From a virus (Duplodnaviria > Caudoviricetes): a stretch of DNA of 60,063 bases. The notes beneath the pieces were generated by a model that did not search any database, was not told where the DNA came from, and saw only the letters and a program-made list of their open reading frames with translations. How positions within the stretch are numbered: the first letter of the stretch is position 1; each line of letters opens with the position of its first letter. The position numbers and the translations under genes were made by a program. Below are positions 27,239 through 37,177 of this stretch, piece after piece. The stretch spans positions 1 to 60,063 of the IMG/VR virus record IMGVR_UViG_3300032295_002162; one strand, written 5' to 3'.

Positions 27239-28598
27239 AATTTTCCAAATAGTATTTTAAATCTTCCGGTGTTCCAGTTCCCCACATTTTAGGAACATCA
27301 AAAGTTCTGATAACTCTGCCCCCTTCTATTGCTTGATTGAAAACAGGACATACATAGAACTCATTGTTAACTCTTACATTTTTTGAAATCATTTGTTCTG
27401 CGTATTTTACAAAATCAGAACCATGCTTCCAATAGTAGAAACCTACAGTTGCCAAATCTGAAATTGGATTCTTTTCAGCTACTTCAGTTACAATACCATT
27501 ATCATCTATCTTAGCAAAACTCCATTTAGGATGGGTTGCTTTGAAAGTTACAATACCACCATCCGCATCAGTTTCATTCATCTTATAGAAGAACTCGTTT
27601 GAATCCCATTCTACAAATTGGTCTGAATTAGCGAAGAATAGTGGAGCATCTGAATCAATATACTCTTTAGCCAATAATGCCGTGCAAGCTGCTCCTTCGG
27701 TTAATCCATCAACTTCAACTACCTTACAATTAGGTGCGATTAAGTTTAATAGGGTATCTAAGTTATACTTCTCCCTATGTTCTTTCTGAACAACGAATAC
27801 AAAGTTAGCATCGATGTTTAAATTTTCAACTACCATTTGAATCATTGGTTTACCATTAACATCGATTAATGGTTTAGGAAATGTGTAACCTGCAGCTGCG
27901 AATCTACTTCCAGCTCCAGCCATTGGGATAAGAACATTCATCTTACCACCTTGCCATTTTGGAATACTCATAATTTTATTTTCTTTTAATTTATTTGATA
28001 TTTTTTCAAAAGTTAAATCCGATGGATTATCTACTCTTAAAACGTTTGCTCTACTTCTACTTGCTGCCAATAAACCATGTGGAGAATCCTCTACAATTAG
28101 AGTTTCTTCCGGCAAACATCCCATCATACTCATTGCCTTCCAATACATTTCAGGGTGCGGTTTAGAGTTCTTCACATCCTCATTAGAGATGATTAAATCC
28201 ATAAACTCAATAAGACCTATCTTTGATAACATAACCAATACAGACCTTCTAATTGAGTTTGAAGCACATGCCAATTTATATCCCATATCTCTTAATCGTT
28301 TAAATACGAGAATCAAATGGGTATTTGGTTGCAATTCCGATATTGCTTCTATTGTTAGTTGTTGTTTTCTATTCCAAACTGTTTCGTATGTGTTTGGATG
28401 TAAACCTTTTTTCTCAGTAAGTAGTTCTAATTTTTGATTAGTTTTAAGTCCATCATAGATAGATAGATGTTCTTTTTCTGTAATAACGTATTTGTTACTC
28501 TGTCCAATTTCCCAAAGGGCTTGGTTAAGTGTTTTAAAGTGTATTTCTTTAGCTTCAACTAATACGCCATCCAAATCGAATATAATTAATTTTGTCAT
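27228..28598 (-). CDS. HAD phosphatase fused to sugar-phosphate nucleotidyltransferase
   Basis: FDLDGVL...KPHPEMY...VEDS; IPMAGAGSRF...PKPLI...GTPEDL. Confidence 0.9.
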   Translation of the reverse strand: MTKLIIFDLDGVLVEAKEIHFKTLNQALWEIGQSNKYVITEKEHLSIYDGLKTNQKLELLTEKKGLHPNTYETVWNRKQQLTIEAISELQPNTHLILVFKRLRDMGYKLACASNSIRRSVLVMLSKIGLIEFMDLIISNEDVKNSKPHPEMYWKAMSMMGCLPEETLIVEDSPHGLLAASRSRANVLRVDNPSDLTFEKISNKLKENKIMSIPKWQGGKMNVLIPMAGAGSRFAAAGYTFPKPLIDVNGKPMIQMVVENLNIDANFVFVVQKEHREKYNLDTLLNLIAPNCKVVEVDGLTEGAACTALLAKEYIDSDAPLFFANSDQFVEWDSNEFFYKMNETDADGGIVTFKATHPKWSFAKIDDNGIVTEVAEKNPISDLATVGFYYWKHGSDFVKYAEQMISKNVRVNNEFYVCPVFNQAIEGGRVIRTFDVPKMWGTGTPEDLKYYLENYGK

Positions 28599-29290
28599 AT
28601 TATTCCTCTTTCAAATGGGTTAATGTTATATATATTAAATAGTGTATTTAATTCTTTTTCGTATTCATAATAGTTCCATTTTCCTTTATTAATTGCGGTT
28701 GCAATATATGGAAAAACTGAACTATCATTGTGGTAAATTCCTCTTCGTTTCTCATTACCCAAGCTTACCATATAGTGTCCATCTTCTACAGGAACTGCAT
28801 CCTCAAATTCCCAAATATTTAATGATTCTACTTTAGATAATAAATCTAAAAATGTTTTTGTTTTTATTATAGTTGGTTGGATTGAAAATTTAGTATCCCT
28901 ATTGTTGATAATATTTTTATCACCTTCCCAGCTTTGGAAATTACCAACAATTGATATTAATTTTATACTCTTAACTTTATCATCGGCTACATAACCAACA
29001 TATTTGTTTAGATTATCAATCATAGGAGATTGCATTAATATCATATCTTCATGTAAGAATAATACAACATCTTCTTTTATTTGAGGAAGTATCTCCTTCC
29101 ATCTCTCGGTATATGGTTTTGAATCATCATATTGTATTTGGTTATACTCTGATAATCTATCATCGATTTTATTTACAGCTACATATACCTTCACATCAGG
29201 CATATATGATTTTAATTCACCAAAAAAGATTGGCCATAAATCACTTACATCCGTATGTGTGTAAACTACTATTGGTGCATTTATTCCCAT
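28595..29290 (-). CDS. Glycosyltransferase-like hypothetical protein
   Basis: FLHEDM, IWEFE, KGKW. Confidence 0.6.
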   Translation of the reverse strand: MGINAPIVVYTHTDVSDLWPIFFGELKSYMPDVKVYVAVNKIDDRLSEYNQIQYDDSKPYTERWKEILPQIKEDVVLFLHEDMILMQSPMIDNLNKYVGYVADDKVKSIKLISIVGNFQSWEGDKNIINNRDTKFSIQPTIIKTKTFLDLLSKVESLNIWEFEDAVPVEDGHYMVSLGNEKRRGIYHNDSSVFPYIATAINKGKWNYYEYEKELNTLFNIYNINPFERGII

Positions 29291-30009
29291 ATTGTATCTA
29301 AATTTATTCTATTGTCCCAAAGTTTGTTATTAATCATCCACCACTTATAAAATGCAATTGAGTTCGAAAGGTCACCTCTATTATTTTCAATTGAAGTTGC
29401 GAATTTATGAAAATCCGAATCTATATACATTGATTGCTCTAAGAAATCATATAAGGTTGTAAATTCCACCATAACCTCAGGCGAACCATAAAACCACATA
29501 TCAGCTGGTCCCATATGAAAATGATTCCAATCTGCCATATAAATTTTATCAGCAATTATATCAGTTTGAAAGTTTATACATTGAACTGCAAATGGATTTC
29601 CTAAACCAGGTCCTGATATATTTCTATTAATTCTACCCAAATCAAAACGAGCTTTGATGATAATATCATATTTTGTATTTGGTTGTTGGTGTGGTAACTT
29701 CATTGCTTCGGTTACACTATACAAATGTGATAATACCGATTGCGGTGAACGAGGACAATTTTGTAATGTATCTAATCCTCTTTCTTTAATTAATTCACTA
29801 AAATCTTTTTGTGGTTCAAATATAGCTGCTTTAGGTTGATATATTAATTCTATTAAATCTTTTTTATCAACTTCCCAACTATGAATGAATACATCCACAT
29901 CACCTTTATCTAAGATATGTTTTTTAATATGCTCATGTCCATCAAATCCATTAGAAGTCGAATCGTGGTTTGAATCAAATAACCCATGTAAGCAAAGTGC
30001 TATTTTCAT
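29281..30009 (-). CDS. Glycan-biosynthesis-like hypothetical protein
   Basis: MKIALCLHG, DVFIHSW, YDIIIKARFD, DMWFYG. Confidence 0.65.
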   Translation of the reverse strand: MKIALCLHGLFDSNHDSTSNGFDGHEHIKKHILDKGDVDVFIHSWEVDKKDLIELIYQPKAAIFEPQKDFSELIKERGLDTLQNCPRSPQSVLSHLYSVTEAMKLPHQQPNTKYDIIIKARFDLGRINRNISGPGLGNPFAVQCINFQTDIIADKIYMADWNHFHMGPADMWFYGSPEVMVEFTTLYDFLEQSMYIDSDFHKFATSIENNRGDLSNSIAFYKWWMINNKLWDNRINLDTIWE

Positions 30010-30641
30010 TGTTTGTAATGTTTATGTCGAAACACTTCAGGCAATCGATCAGTAAAATGACTTAAACTTTGATGGTCTGTCATCCAATAGTGGCCATATC
30101 CATGTTTAAAAAATATATTATTTTCTTTTGTTAACTTTTTTATTATAAAGTTTGCTTTGGCATCAAGTCCTAACTCATACATTTTTTTTGTAAACCCAAA
30201 TTCTGGATATGGTGGATTTGTATCTATAGTAAATAATGCTATCATATCATCGATATCACCTTCCATAAAAAAATCAGCTACATATCCATCTTCGTGTTGA
30301 ATAAATGAATAGAAATTAATAAAATTAGTATCAAACAATTTTAATAATTCATTTGCATTATTTGGTTCTAAATCACATCTCCATTTTATCACTCTATCAT
30401 ATCCCAATTCTTTTGCTTTTAAAAATCCATTTAAAGATGATATTCTTTGTAATTGAAAATTTAATGGACCATAATTGGTAGGATGTTGATTATATAAAAC
30501 TATATCAGTTTCTTCATATGCAGTTTTGTCAGCATCTGTCCAAGTTGAAAATATTAAAGGAATTCCTTCAAATTTTTCTTTTAATGCTTTTACAAAATCT
30601 TTGTCTGTTCTTCCCTGAACAACTACACAAACCTTACTCAT
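30006..30641 (-). CDS. WavE-like protein
   Basis: VVVQG, IFSTW, QLQRISSLNG, IKWRCD. Confidence 0.65.
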   Translation of the reverse strand: MSKVCVVVQGRTDKDFVKALKEKFEGIPLIFSTWTDADKTAYEETDIVLYNQHPTNYGPLNFQLQRISSLNGFLKAKELGYDRVIKWRCDLEPNNANELLKLFDTNFINFYSFIQHEDGYVADFFMEGDIDDMIALFTIDTNPPYPEFGFTKKMYELGLDAKANFIIKKLTKENNIFFKHGYGHYWMTDHQSLSHFTDRLPEVFRHKHYKQ

Positions 30642-31273
30642 TATTCTATAACTTTATTATTTTTGAAAACAGTAAATTCGGTTAAATCTCTATAACCATT
30701 TAATTCACCTTGGTCTGAATTATGTAATGGTAAGTTTTGAAACATTGCCAAACCATGTGCTGCTTGTTGCGGAGTCATATACATATTCCATCCACAAAAT
30801 GTAATATCATCATCCTTATAATACTTCTCACTTCTACCTTCGTAACGTGCTTTCTTAAACCAATCAGCTGCTTCAGCATTATCAGTTAGAATCATACCAC
30901 CTTTCCAAATTGGAAGTATCTTTTTAATATGGAATGATAATCCCATAAATGTTCCGGGCATATACATATCTTTTGTTAATCTCTTAGCCGCATCCCAAAT
31001 AGGATATGGTTTCAATTGGTATGCACCTACCCAATGATTTGTTTCAGGTCTTTTATCAAAGATAACCTCACCACCAGCGTGTATAATTGATTGTGGAACT
31101 GAAAGATATGTTTTGGATGGGATGGTTACCTCTTTAACTTCATTGTATTTACAAATTAAGAATAGTGCATTTGTGCAACTATCAATCGAAATAGCGTAAG
31201 GTGCTCCAGTGTAGTTAGCAATTTCCTCTTCAAACATTCTTACAATCTTGTAAGGGTTGTGTAACATTGGCAT
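30641..31273 (-). CDS. DegT/DnrJ/EryC1/StrS aminotransferase, short form
   Basis: FEEEIANYTGAPYAISIDSCTNAL, DAA, SFHIKK...GGMIL; start probably MPMLH. Confidence 0.85.
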   Translation of the reverse strand: MPMLHNPYKIVRMFEEEIANYTGAPYAISIDSCTNALFLICKYNEVKEVTIPSKTYLSVPQSIIHAGGEVIFDKRPETNHWVGAYQLKPYPIWDAAKRLTKDMYMPGTFMGLSFHIKKILPIWKGGMILTDNAEAADWFKKARYEGRSEKYYKDDDITFCGWNMYMTPQQAAHGLAMFQNLPLHNSDQGELNGYRDLTEFTVFKNNKVIE

Positions 31274-31275
31274 AA

Positions 31276-31902
31276 TTAATCGTTTTCGTTTATTATTTCT
31301 ATACAAAGGATATTCTTATCATTCACCATAACAAGTCTACCATCTTTTGTTTCAAACTTTGTGAACTGTCCTTGCTTAATCGAATCAGTATCAACTCCAT
31401 TAAATGTTCTTTTTTCCCCACCAACAAAGTGTAGAATTTTAGAAACATATTTTCCTTTTTGTGTGATTGAACTCTTTAGGCTTACCATTTTGGTTTTCAA
31501 TTTATAGTATGTAAATCTTTCATCTTTACCACTTACTTCAAATCCACAACTAAGGAATAATTTATCACTAGCGGCATTACCATGCTTTACTTTAGCGTAT
31601 GCAGTTGGCCATATCTTCATACATTCACCAATCATAAATTTACCAACTCCCATACCTTGAAAATCAGGATGTGTGCAAACTCTAATATCATCTTCAATAA
31701 CACCAACATATCCTGCAGGCTTTCCATCAACCAAAGCTATACGATAATTTTTACCATACTTTTGCATATAGATTTGTTGTTGCTGATATTCTATAATTGT
31801 TGTTTCTATAAATCCATCAACTACTCTACCATCTTGTCTTAACTCTCTAACGAAGTTCCAATACTCAGGCCCACATTCTACTAATTTTAATTCCATATAC
31901 AT
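31276..31902 (-). CDS. GNAT acetyltransferase with extra C-terminal domain
   Basis: THPDFQGMGVGK, NAASDKLFLSCGF. Confidence 0.8.
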   Translation of the reverse strand: MYMELKLVECGPEYWNFVRELRQDGRVVDGFIETTIIEYQQQQIYMQKYGKNYRIALVDGKPAGYVGVIEDDIRVCTHPDFQGMGVGKFMIGECMKIWPTAYAKVKHGNAASDKLFLSCGFEVSGKDERFTYYKLKTKMVSLKSSITQKGKYVSKILHFVGGEKRTFNGVDTDSIKQGQFTKFETKDGRLVMVNDKNILCIEIINEND

Positions 31903-32666
31903 ACTTTATTTAAATCACCACCCCCAACATATCCCCAAAATCTTTGAAGATAATCTCTATCAGTTGGCATATTCATCATTGGTGTCAAGCACGTCCCAAT
32001 ATCAATATAAGAATTATTAGGACAATCTCTAAATAATTCATAAACTGCCAAGTTTGTAAAAGTGGATGCTGAAAAAAGGAATACATGGTTTTGGATATTA
32101 TTTTCTTTAATCCATTTTCTAATTTCATCAATTTTATCATAATCATTAATCATTGCGTTATAACCTACTCTAAAATCTTTTACAAAAAATGGTAATTTGG
32201 ATAAATCTGCATTTTCATGTCCAATAAATACACAATCTTTACTATAAAAAATTGGAAGTATATGTTGTATAAAAAGTGGATAGTTTCCGTTTACCCATAG
32301 ATTTGCCCAACTTAAACTTTCATCATCACCACCATGTAAATCTACCTGCCAATCAAATGCTTCTTTACCTACACAACAACTACAACTAATACCTTTATAA
32401 TAATTTGGTTGTCTATGTTTGTATGCTTCAATTAATCTATCTCTAAATTCCGAATGGATTTCAGGATTAAATTCTTTGTGATCTTCAGATTTGTATATTG
32501 ATGGATGAACTCTATCATCTACTTGATATACATCTCCTGCCAATTTTAAAACTTTATTTTGTAAAATAAATAACTCACCATCAGAATATCTTGCAAATGC
32601 AAATGGTTCATTGTTTTGTATTTTTCCTACGAACATTCCAAAATGTTCTCTAAAATTCTTCTGCAT
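31887..32666 (-). CDS. GT-D/DUF1792-like protein
   Basis: FARYSDGE...YIDIG. Confidence 0.55.
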   Translation of the reverse strand: MQKNFREHFGMFVGKIQNNEPFAFARYSDGELFILQNKVLKLAGDVYQVDDRVHPSIYKSEDHKEFNPEIHSEFRDRLIEAYKHRQPNYYKGISCSCCVGKEAFDWQVDLHGGDDESLSWANLWVNGNYPLFIQHILPIFYSKDCVFIGHENADLSKLPFFVKDFRVGYNAMINDYDKIDEIRKWIKENNIQNHVFLFSASTFTNLAVYELFRDCPNNSYIDIGTCLTPMMNMPTDRDYLQRFWGYVGGGDLNKVCIWN

Positions 32667-33651
32667 CTAATATCTTTTTAATTTTTTCTGCTGATTTCCC
32701 ATCTCCGTATGGACAGGGTTCACAAATATACGGATTTTCTATTAACTTTCCAAATAATTCTCCTAATTTGTTTGGGTTTCCACATAAATACAAATGGCCC
32801 GTTTCAATACCTTCAGGTCTTTCAGTAGTATGTCTACATACAATAACCTTTTTATTAAAAAATGAACCTTCTTCTTGTATTCCACCACTATCTGAAATAA
32901 TCAATTTACATTTCTTAATATGTAAAATCATATCTAAATGACTCATTGGTTCTACAACATTAACATCAGTTAATAAATGCTTCCATTTCTGAACATTAGG
33001 ATTTGGGTGAATTGGTAAAATAAATTCTAAATTTGGATTTTGTTTAGCTAAGTTGTTTATTTCAGTAAACCACTCATCCATTAAATTATGGTTTTCTCTA
33101 CGATGTAATGTAACTAATACAAAGTTTTCATAAGTAGAATCACCAAAATCAACCAAATTATCCAATACAGTATTACCAACTACATAAGTAAATCCACTTA
33201 CTTTTTCATCTTCCAAATTATCATAAGATTTTTCAGTTGGAGCAAAGTTTACATCTGATATTCTGGCAATCATTTGTCTATATGCTTCTTCAGGATACGG
33301 ATGTTGTAAGTTATAACTTCTCAATCCAGCTTCTAAGTAATAGATTTTAATACTTCTATTAAATGCTGCTAAAGCACATCCAAATGCTGATGCCGTATCT
33401 CCCTGAACCAATACACCTCTAAAATCACTCTCTGGAAATTGTAACATACAATCACTTACAATACTATCTAAACGATTTGTATTATCGCTTATATTGATTC
33501 TATAATCAACCTTAGTATCTTTTAATAAATCCTCATGCTGACCTGTAAAAAGTAATTGGTATTCAGTATCATCCATTAAATCAATTAATGGTTTCACTTT
33601 TAACCATTCAGGTCTAGTGCCAAAACATATTAATATCGGTTTCTTATTCAT
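32650..33651 (-). CDS. wecB: UDP-GlcNAc 2-epimerase (non-hydrolysing)
   Basis: FGTRPE, TGQH, QGDT, EAGLRS, TLHRREN, DSGGIQEE, PYGDG. Confidence 0.95.
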   Translation of the reverse strand: MNKKPILICFGTRPEWLKVKPLIDLMDDTEYQLLFTGQHEDLLKDTKVDYRINISDNTNRLDSIVSDCMLQFPESDFRGVLVQGDTASAFGCALAAFNRSIKIYYLEAGLRSYNLQHPYPEEAYRQMIARISDVNFAPTEKSYDNLEDEKVSGFTYVVGNTVLDNLVDFGDSTYENFVLVTLHRRENHNLMDEWFTEINNLAKQNPNLEFILPIHPNPNVQKWKHLLTDVNVVEPMSHLDMILHIKKCKLIISDSGGIQEEGSFFNKKVIVCRHTTERPEGIETGHLYLCGNPNKLGELFGKLIENPYICEPCPYGDGKSAEKIKKILDAEEF

Positions 33652-34405
33652 TTACTAACTTCCAACCTTTTAATCTTTGTTCTCTAAAAAATTCAGTCAT
33701 TATTTGTTTGAATGGAACTCCATCGATAGATGGTGTGTTGTTTTCCCACAATGAGGCCGAATCAGCTCCCCAATCTTTTGTGCTACCCCACATTTCAATA
33801 TCACTCTTTGGGTGTGGTGGAATATAAGAACCCAATCCCGCATACTTTTGTAACATATATGAAAAGTGCATATCTTCACCACAAGTATTATATCTCGGGT
33901 CTGGCAATTCTCTGAACATATACGATAACCATTCTTTCTTAAAGAACCAATTATGTCCAATGATATCCACTTGCACTGTCTTTTCATTATTACCTGCTGG
34001 TGGCCAACCAAAGCGAATGTAATGTTCATAGTAAGATGAATACTCAGGCGGTAATGGTTTAGGATAAAGTAATCCTACAGTTCCTAATAAACCTTCATGC
34101 GTTTTCATTGTTTCTAAACAATTCTCAATCCATTTAGAACCTGGAATTGTATCATCATCAATCACACATACATAAGGATTCTTAGCGTTCATAGCAAAAT
34201 AGAATCTTGCCCATACACCAAAGTTGTAATTACAATATGCAGCAGGTATTTCACCACCAATATCGTAATTAATCAAATCATCATCACCTGGATTATTATA
34301 CCATAAAAGAATCTCAGTAGGTTGAACCGTCTGAGCTTTTAAGGCTTCCATTTGAACGTTTAAGTTGTTACCTCTTTTGTAACCATTTAATATAACTGTA
34401 ACCAT
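33644..34405 (-). CDS. GT-A/GT2-like glycosyltransferase
   Basis: VIDDDTIPG, GEDMHFS. Confidence 0.8.
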   Translation of the reverse strand: MVTVILNGYKRGNNLNVQMEALKAQTVQPTEILLWYNNPGDDDLINYDIGGEIPAAYCNYNFGVWARFYFAMNAKNPYVCVIDDDTIPGSKWIENCLETMKTHEGLLGTVGLLYPKPLPPEYSSYYEHYIRFGWPPAGNNEKTVQVDIIGHNWFFKKEWLSYMFRELPDPRYNTCGEDMHFSYMLQKYAGLGSYIPPHPKSDIEMWGSTKDWGADSASLWENNTPSIDGVPFKQIMTEFFREQRLKGWKLVNE

Positions 34406-34408
34406 AAG

Positions 34409-35248
34409 TTAAAATTGTTTTATCATTCCGTATTCATCAAAGATAGGAAATTTTCCCCACTTTGCCAACCATTTTTGCTGATTTATTTGTTCACATTTAA
34501 TTTGTCTTTCCGAACTCTTACCATCGTTCTCTTCCAATCTATGAGAACCTCTAGCTCCAAAGTGCCAAACAAATGATTTGGATGGTAGAATAAATCTAAC
34601 ACCATTATTCATCATTCGTAAAAATAAATCCATATCTTCCCAACTACTCGGTGCAAATAAGGGGTCATTACCACCCGTTTCATTCCATACTTCTTTTTTT
34701 ACCAATCCACTAACACCTTCACCTTTTGGTATTTCAAAATCATTAGATTCTATAACCTCTTTTACCCACTCATCAAATCCATTTGAATCAAAATCATCGT
34801 GATATGCACCAAACGCGTCTTTTGGAACAATAACAGTTCCATACCTTTGTGGTGAACCAAACATATCGGGTTCAACTCTATGAGAATTTACCCATAATTT
34901 TTCATTTGGATATTTTTGGTGAACTTTTAACAATTCCAAATCCCAATCTTTTGTTACATAAAAATCTGAATGTAGAAACATAATGTATTCCGTTTCTACT
35001 CTTTCCGCACAAAAGTTCATCCCACCACCAATACCAATTGGTTCTTCGTTTTTATCAATATAAATTGATAAGTTATATTTCTTAGTATTTTCAAATAACC
35101 ATTCATCAGTTCCATCCGTGCAATTTTCAGCATGGATAATAAAAGGAGCATCTTTATAAAAAGAATTCTTACGAACACTTTCAATTGCTATCTTTAAATA
35201 AGGTAGATTATTGAATGTTGATATACAAAAAGTTAATGGAGTATTCAT
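34409..35248 (-). CDS. GT2 glycosyltransferase
   Basis: CTDGT, FLHSD, GGNDPLF...WEDMD. Confidence 0.85.
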   Translation of the reverse strand: MNTPLTFCISTFNNLPYLKIAIESVRKNSFYKDAPFIIHAENCTDGTDEWLFENTKKYNLSIYIDKNEEPIGIGGGMNFCAERVETEYIMFLHSDFYVTKDWDLELLKVHQKYPNEKLWVNSHRVEPDMFGSPQRYGTVIVPKDAFGAYHDDFDSNGFDEWVKEVIESNDFEIPKGEGVSGLVKKEVWNETGGNDPLFAPSSWEDMDLFLRMMNNGVRFILPSKSFVWHFGARGSHRLEENDGKSSERQIKCEQINQQKWLAKWGKFPIFDEYGMIKQF

Positions 35249-35877
35249 TATAATGTTTCGTAGTAGTTATTTTGTCTTTCTTGTCTTTCTATTTCTTTAT
35301 GATGATACAAACAATACTCCTCATCGGTTGGTAATACTGACAATGTATTATATCCAATAATTCTCTCATGCACCTTTCCTGTCCATTCTATTTCCGATGT
35401 TCTTCTGTAGATTCTGGTTTGATAATCCGGAAAGTTTACCCAACCATGTTCATTTAGTTTCCATCCCCATTTTTTAACATGCATATCAGTTAATCCTTCT
35501 ACGGTGTTAATACGTGGAACAAAGAAAAGGTCTACATCTTTATTATATTCCAATAATTGGTGAATATTTTCAACCAAATATTCATTTGGTATTTCATCTG
35601 CATCTACTTGAAAAATAAAAATACCATTTGCATGGTTTTTTAAATTGTTTTTATAAGATGCGAAATCACCAGCTAATGGAAATGATATAACCTTAATTGA
35701 TTTGTGTATTTGAGATACAATTGCAAGATACTGCTTAACCGCATCGGTAGCAGAATCTTCATCGTATTGGATTAATATCTCATCTTCCGATTTTATTTTT
35801 GGTTGTAAATAATCAACCAATTTTGTAATCTCTTTAAGCTCATTACAAACTGTAATAGCGTATGTAACATTTATCAT
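35248..35877 (-). CDS. GT2 glycosyltransferase
   Basis: QVDADE, PDYQTRIY, KVHE. Confidence 0.85.
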   Translation of the reverse strand: MINVTYAITVCNELKEITKLVDYLQPKIKSEDEILIQYDEDSATDAVKQYLAIVSQIHKSIKVISFPLAGDFASYKNNLKNHANGIFIFQVDADEIPNEYLVENIHQLLEYNKDVDLFFVPRINTVEGLTDMHVKKWGWKLNEHGWVNFPDYQTRIYRRTSEIEWTGKVHERIIGYNTLSVLPTDEEYCLYHHKEIERQERQNNYYETL

Positions 35878-36326
35878 AATAACGATTTTAAGAAATCAGA
35901 TTTTAATTTTACTTCTTGTATATAATTTAAACCCGCAATATTGTAAGTTCTATATGGTCTTGGGTTTGTGTTATATATAGATTTTCCTTTTATTTTACTT
36001 TCAAATAATTTATTACCCTGTATATCTGATTCAATTATTATATCTTCTAACTTTTTCATAGAATCAATATCCTCACTTTTTAAATCGGATTTTAATAATG
36101 TTTTTAACCAATTTTTAAAAATATCAGGAGAAACATCATTAAGTTTTAAACAATTTAATTTTTTTTCATGGATGCCAAATACAAATACTAATGATGAATT
36201 TGGTCCTGTTTGTGCACGAGCTTCACCATCTGAATAACTATATGATGAAATTCTATATAAATTTCCAGGTGTTATTAACGATTTGGAAATTCTAGCTTCT
36301 TTATCAATAAATCTACTATATACCAT
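35874..36326 (-). CDS. Hypothetical phage protein
   Basis: Coupled ORF with YRTY motif. Confidence 0.6.
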   Translation of the reverse strand: MVYSRFIDKEARISKSLITPGNLYRISSYSYSDGEARAQTGPNSSLVFVFGIHEKKLNCLKLNDVSPDIFKNWLKTLLKSDLKSEDIDSMKKLEDIIIESDIQGNKLFESKIKGKSIYNTNPRPYRTYNIAGLNYIQEVKLKSDFLKSLL

Positions 36327-36327
36327 A

Positions 36328-37176
36328 TTATAATGAGTTTATATATTCCTTTAATTTATCCGTAGGAGTCCACCCTAATCTATCAATTGCATCATTGTTA
36401 ACTCTGATAGTTTCTTTATAGTTACCTCTTTCCTGAGACATATACACTTTAACTGCACTAAACTTTTCAACAAACAATTCTGCAACTTCGTTTAGTGAAT
36501 AATTGAACCCAGTTCCTAATTCCCAAGCATCCTCATGCGTATCAGTTCCAAATGCGATTTTAATCAAACCATCAACAATATCATCGATGTGTGTGAAATC
36601 TCTTCTTTGCTCACCATCACCTACAATTGTAATTGGGTGGTTTTGCTCAACTTGTCCTCTCCACTTTCCAATTACAGCTGCCCATTTACCTTCCGTAATT
36701 TCACCAGGTCCATAAACGTTGTAGAATCTTGCAATCTCAACATTCAATCCGTATATCATACGATATAACTTACAAACATCTTCACCTAACTTTTTATACA
36801 ATGCGTATGGTGAAAGAAATGGGTCATGCCATTGTGAGGATGAACCACTATATACAACTTTTACATTGTTATGTCTTGCCCATTCACAAACTGCTTCAGT
36901 TCCCCTTGCGTTAACTCTGAATGTTTCTGATGGTTGTTCAAATGATGGTTGGATTCTACTTAATGCTGCTAAATGAAAACACAAATCTATACTATCACCC
37001 TTTAGGTATTCAATTTGTTCTATATCCCAAGGTAGGTATTTAACACCATCAACTTCATCTGCAGGTTTACCGATTTCATAGTTATCTAATCCAATAACAT
37101 CATGTCCATCTGCTATCAATCTTTTAGCAAGATTCTTACCAACAAATCCTAATGCGCCCGTTATTAGTATTTTCAT
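36328..37176 (-). CDS. NAD-dependent epimerase/dehydratase
   Basis: ITGALGFVG, HLAA, YxxxK (YALYK), NVYGP, GDGEQRRDF. Confidence 0.92.
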   Translation of the reverse strand: MKILITGALGFVGKNLAKRLIADGHDVIGLDNYEIGKPADEVDGVKYLPWDIEQIEYLKGDSIDLCFHLAALSRIQPSFEQPSETFRVNARGTEAVCEWARHNNVKVVYSGSSSQWHDPFLSPYALYKKLGEDVCKLYRMIYGLNVEIARFYNVYGPGEITEGKWAAVIGKWRGQVEQNHPITIVGDGEQRRDFTHIDDIVDGLIKIAFGTDTHEDAWELGTGFNYSLNEVAELFVEKFSAVKVYMSQERGNYKETIRVNNDAIDRLGWTPTDKLKEYINSL

Positions 37177-37177
37177 A

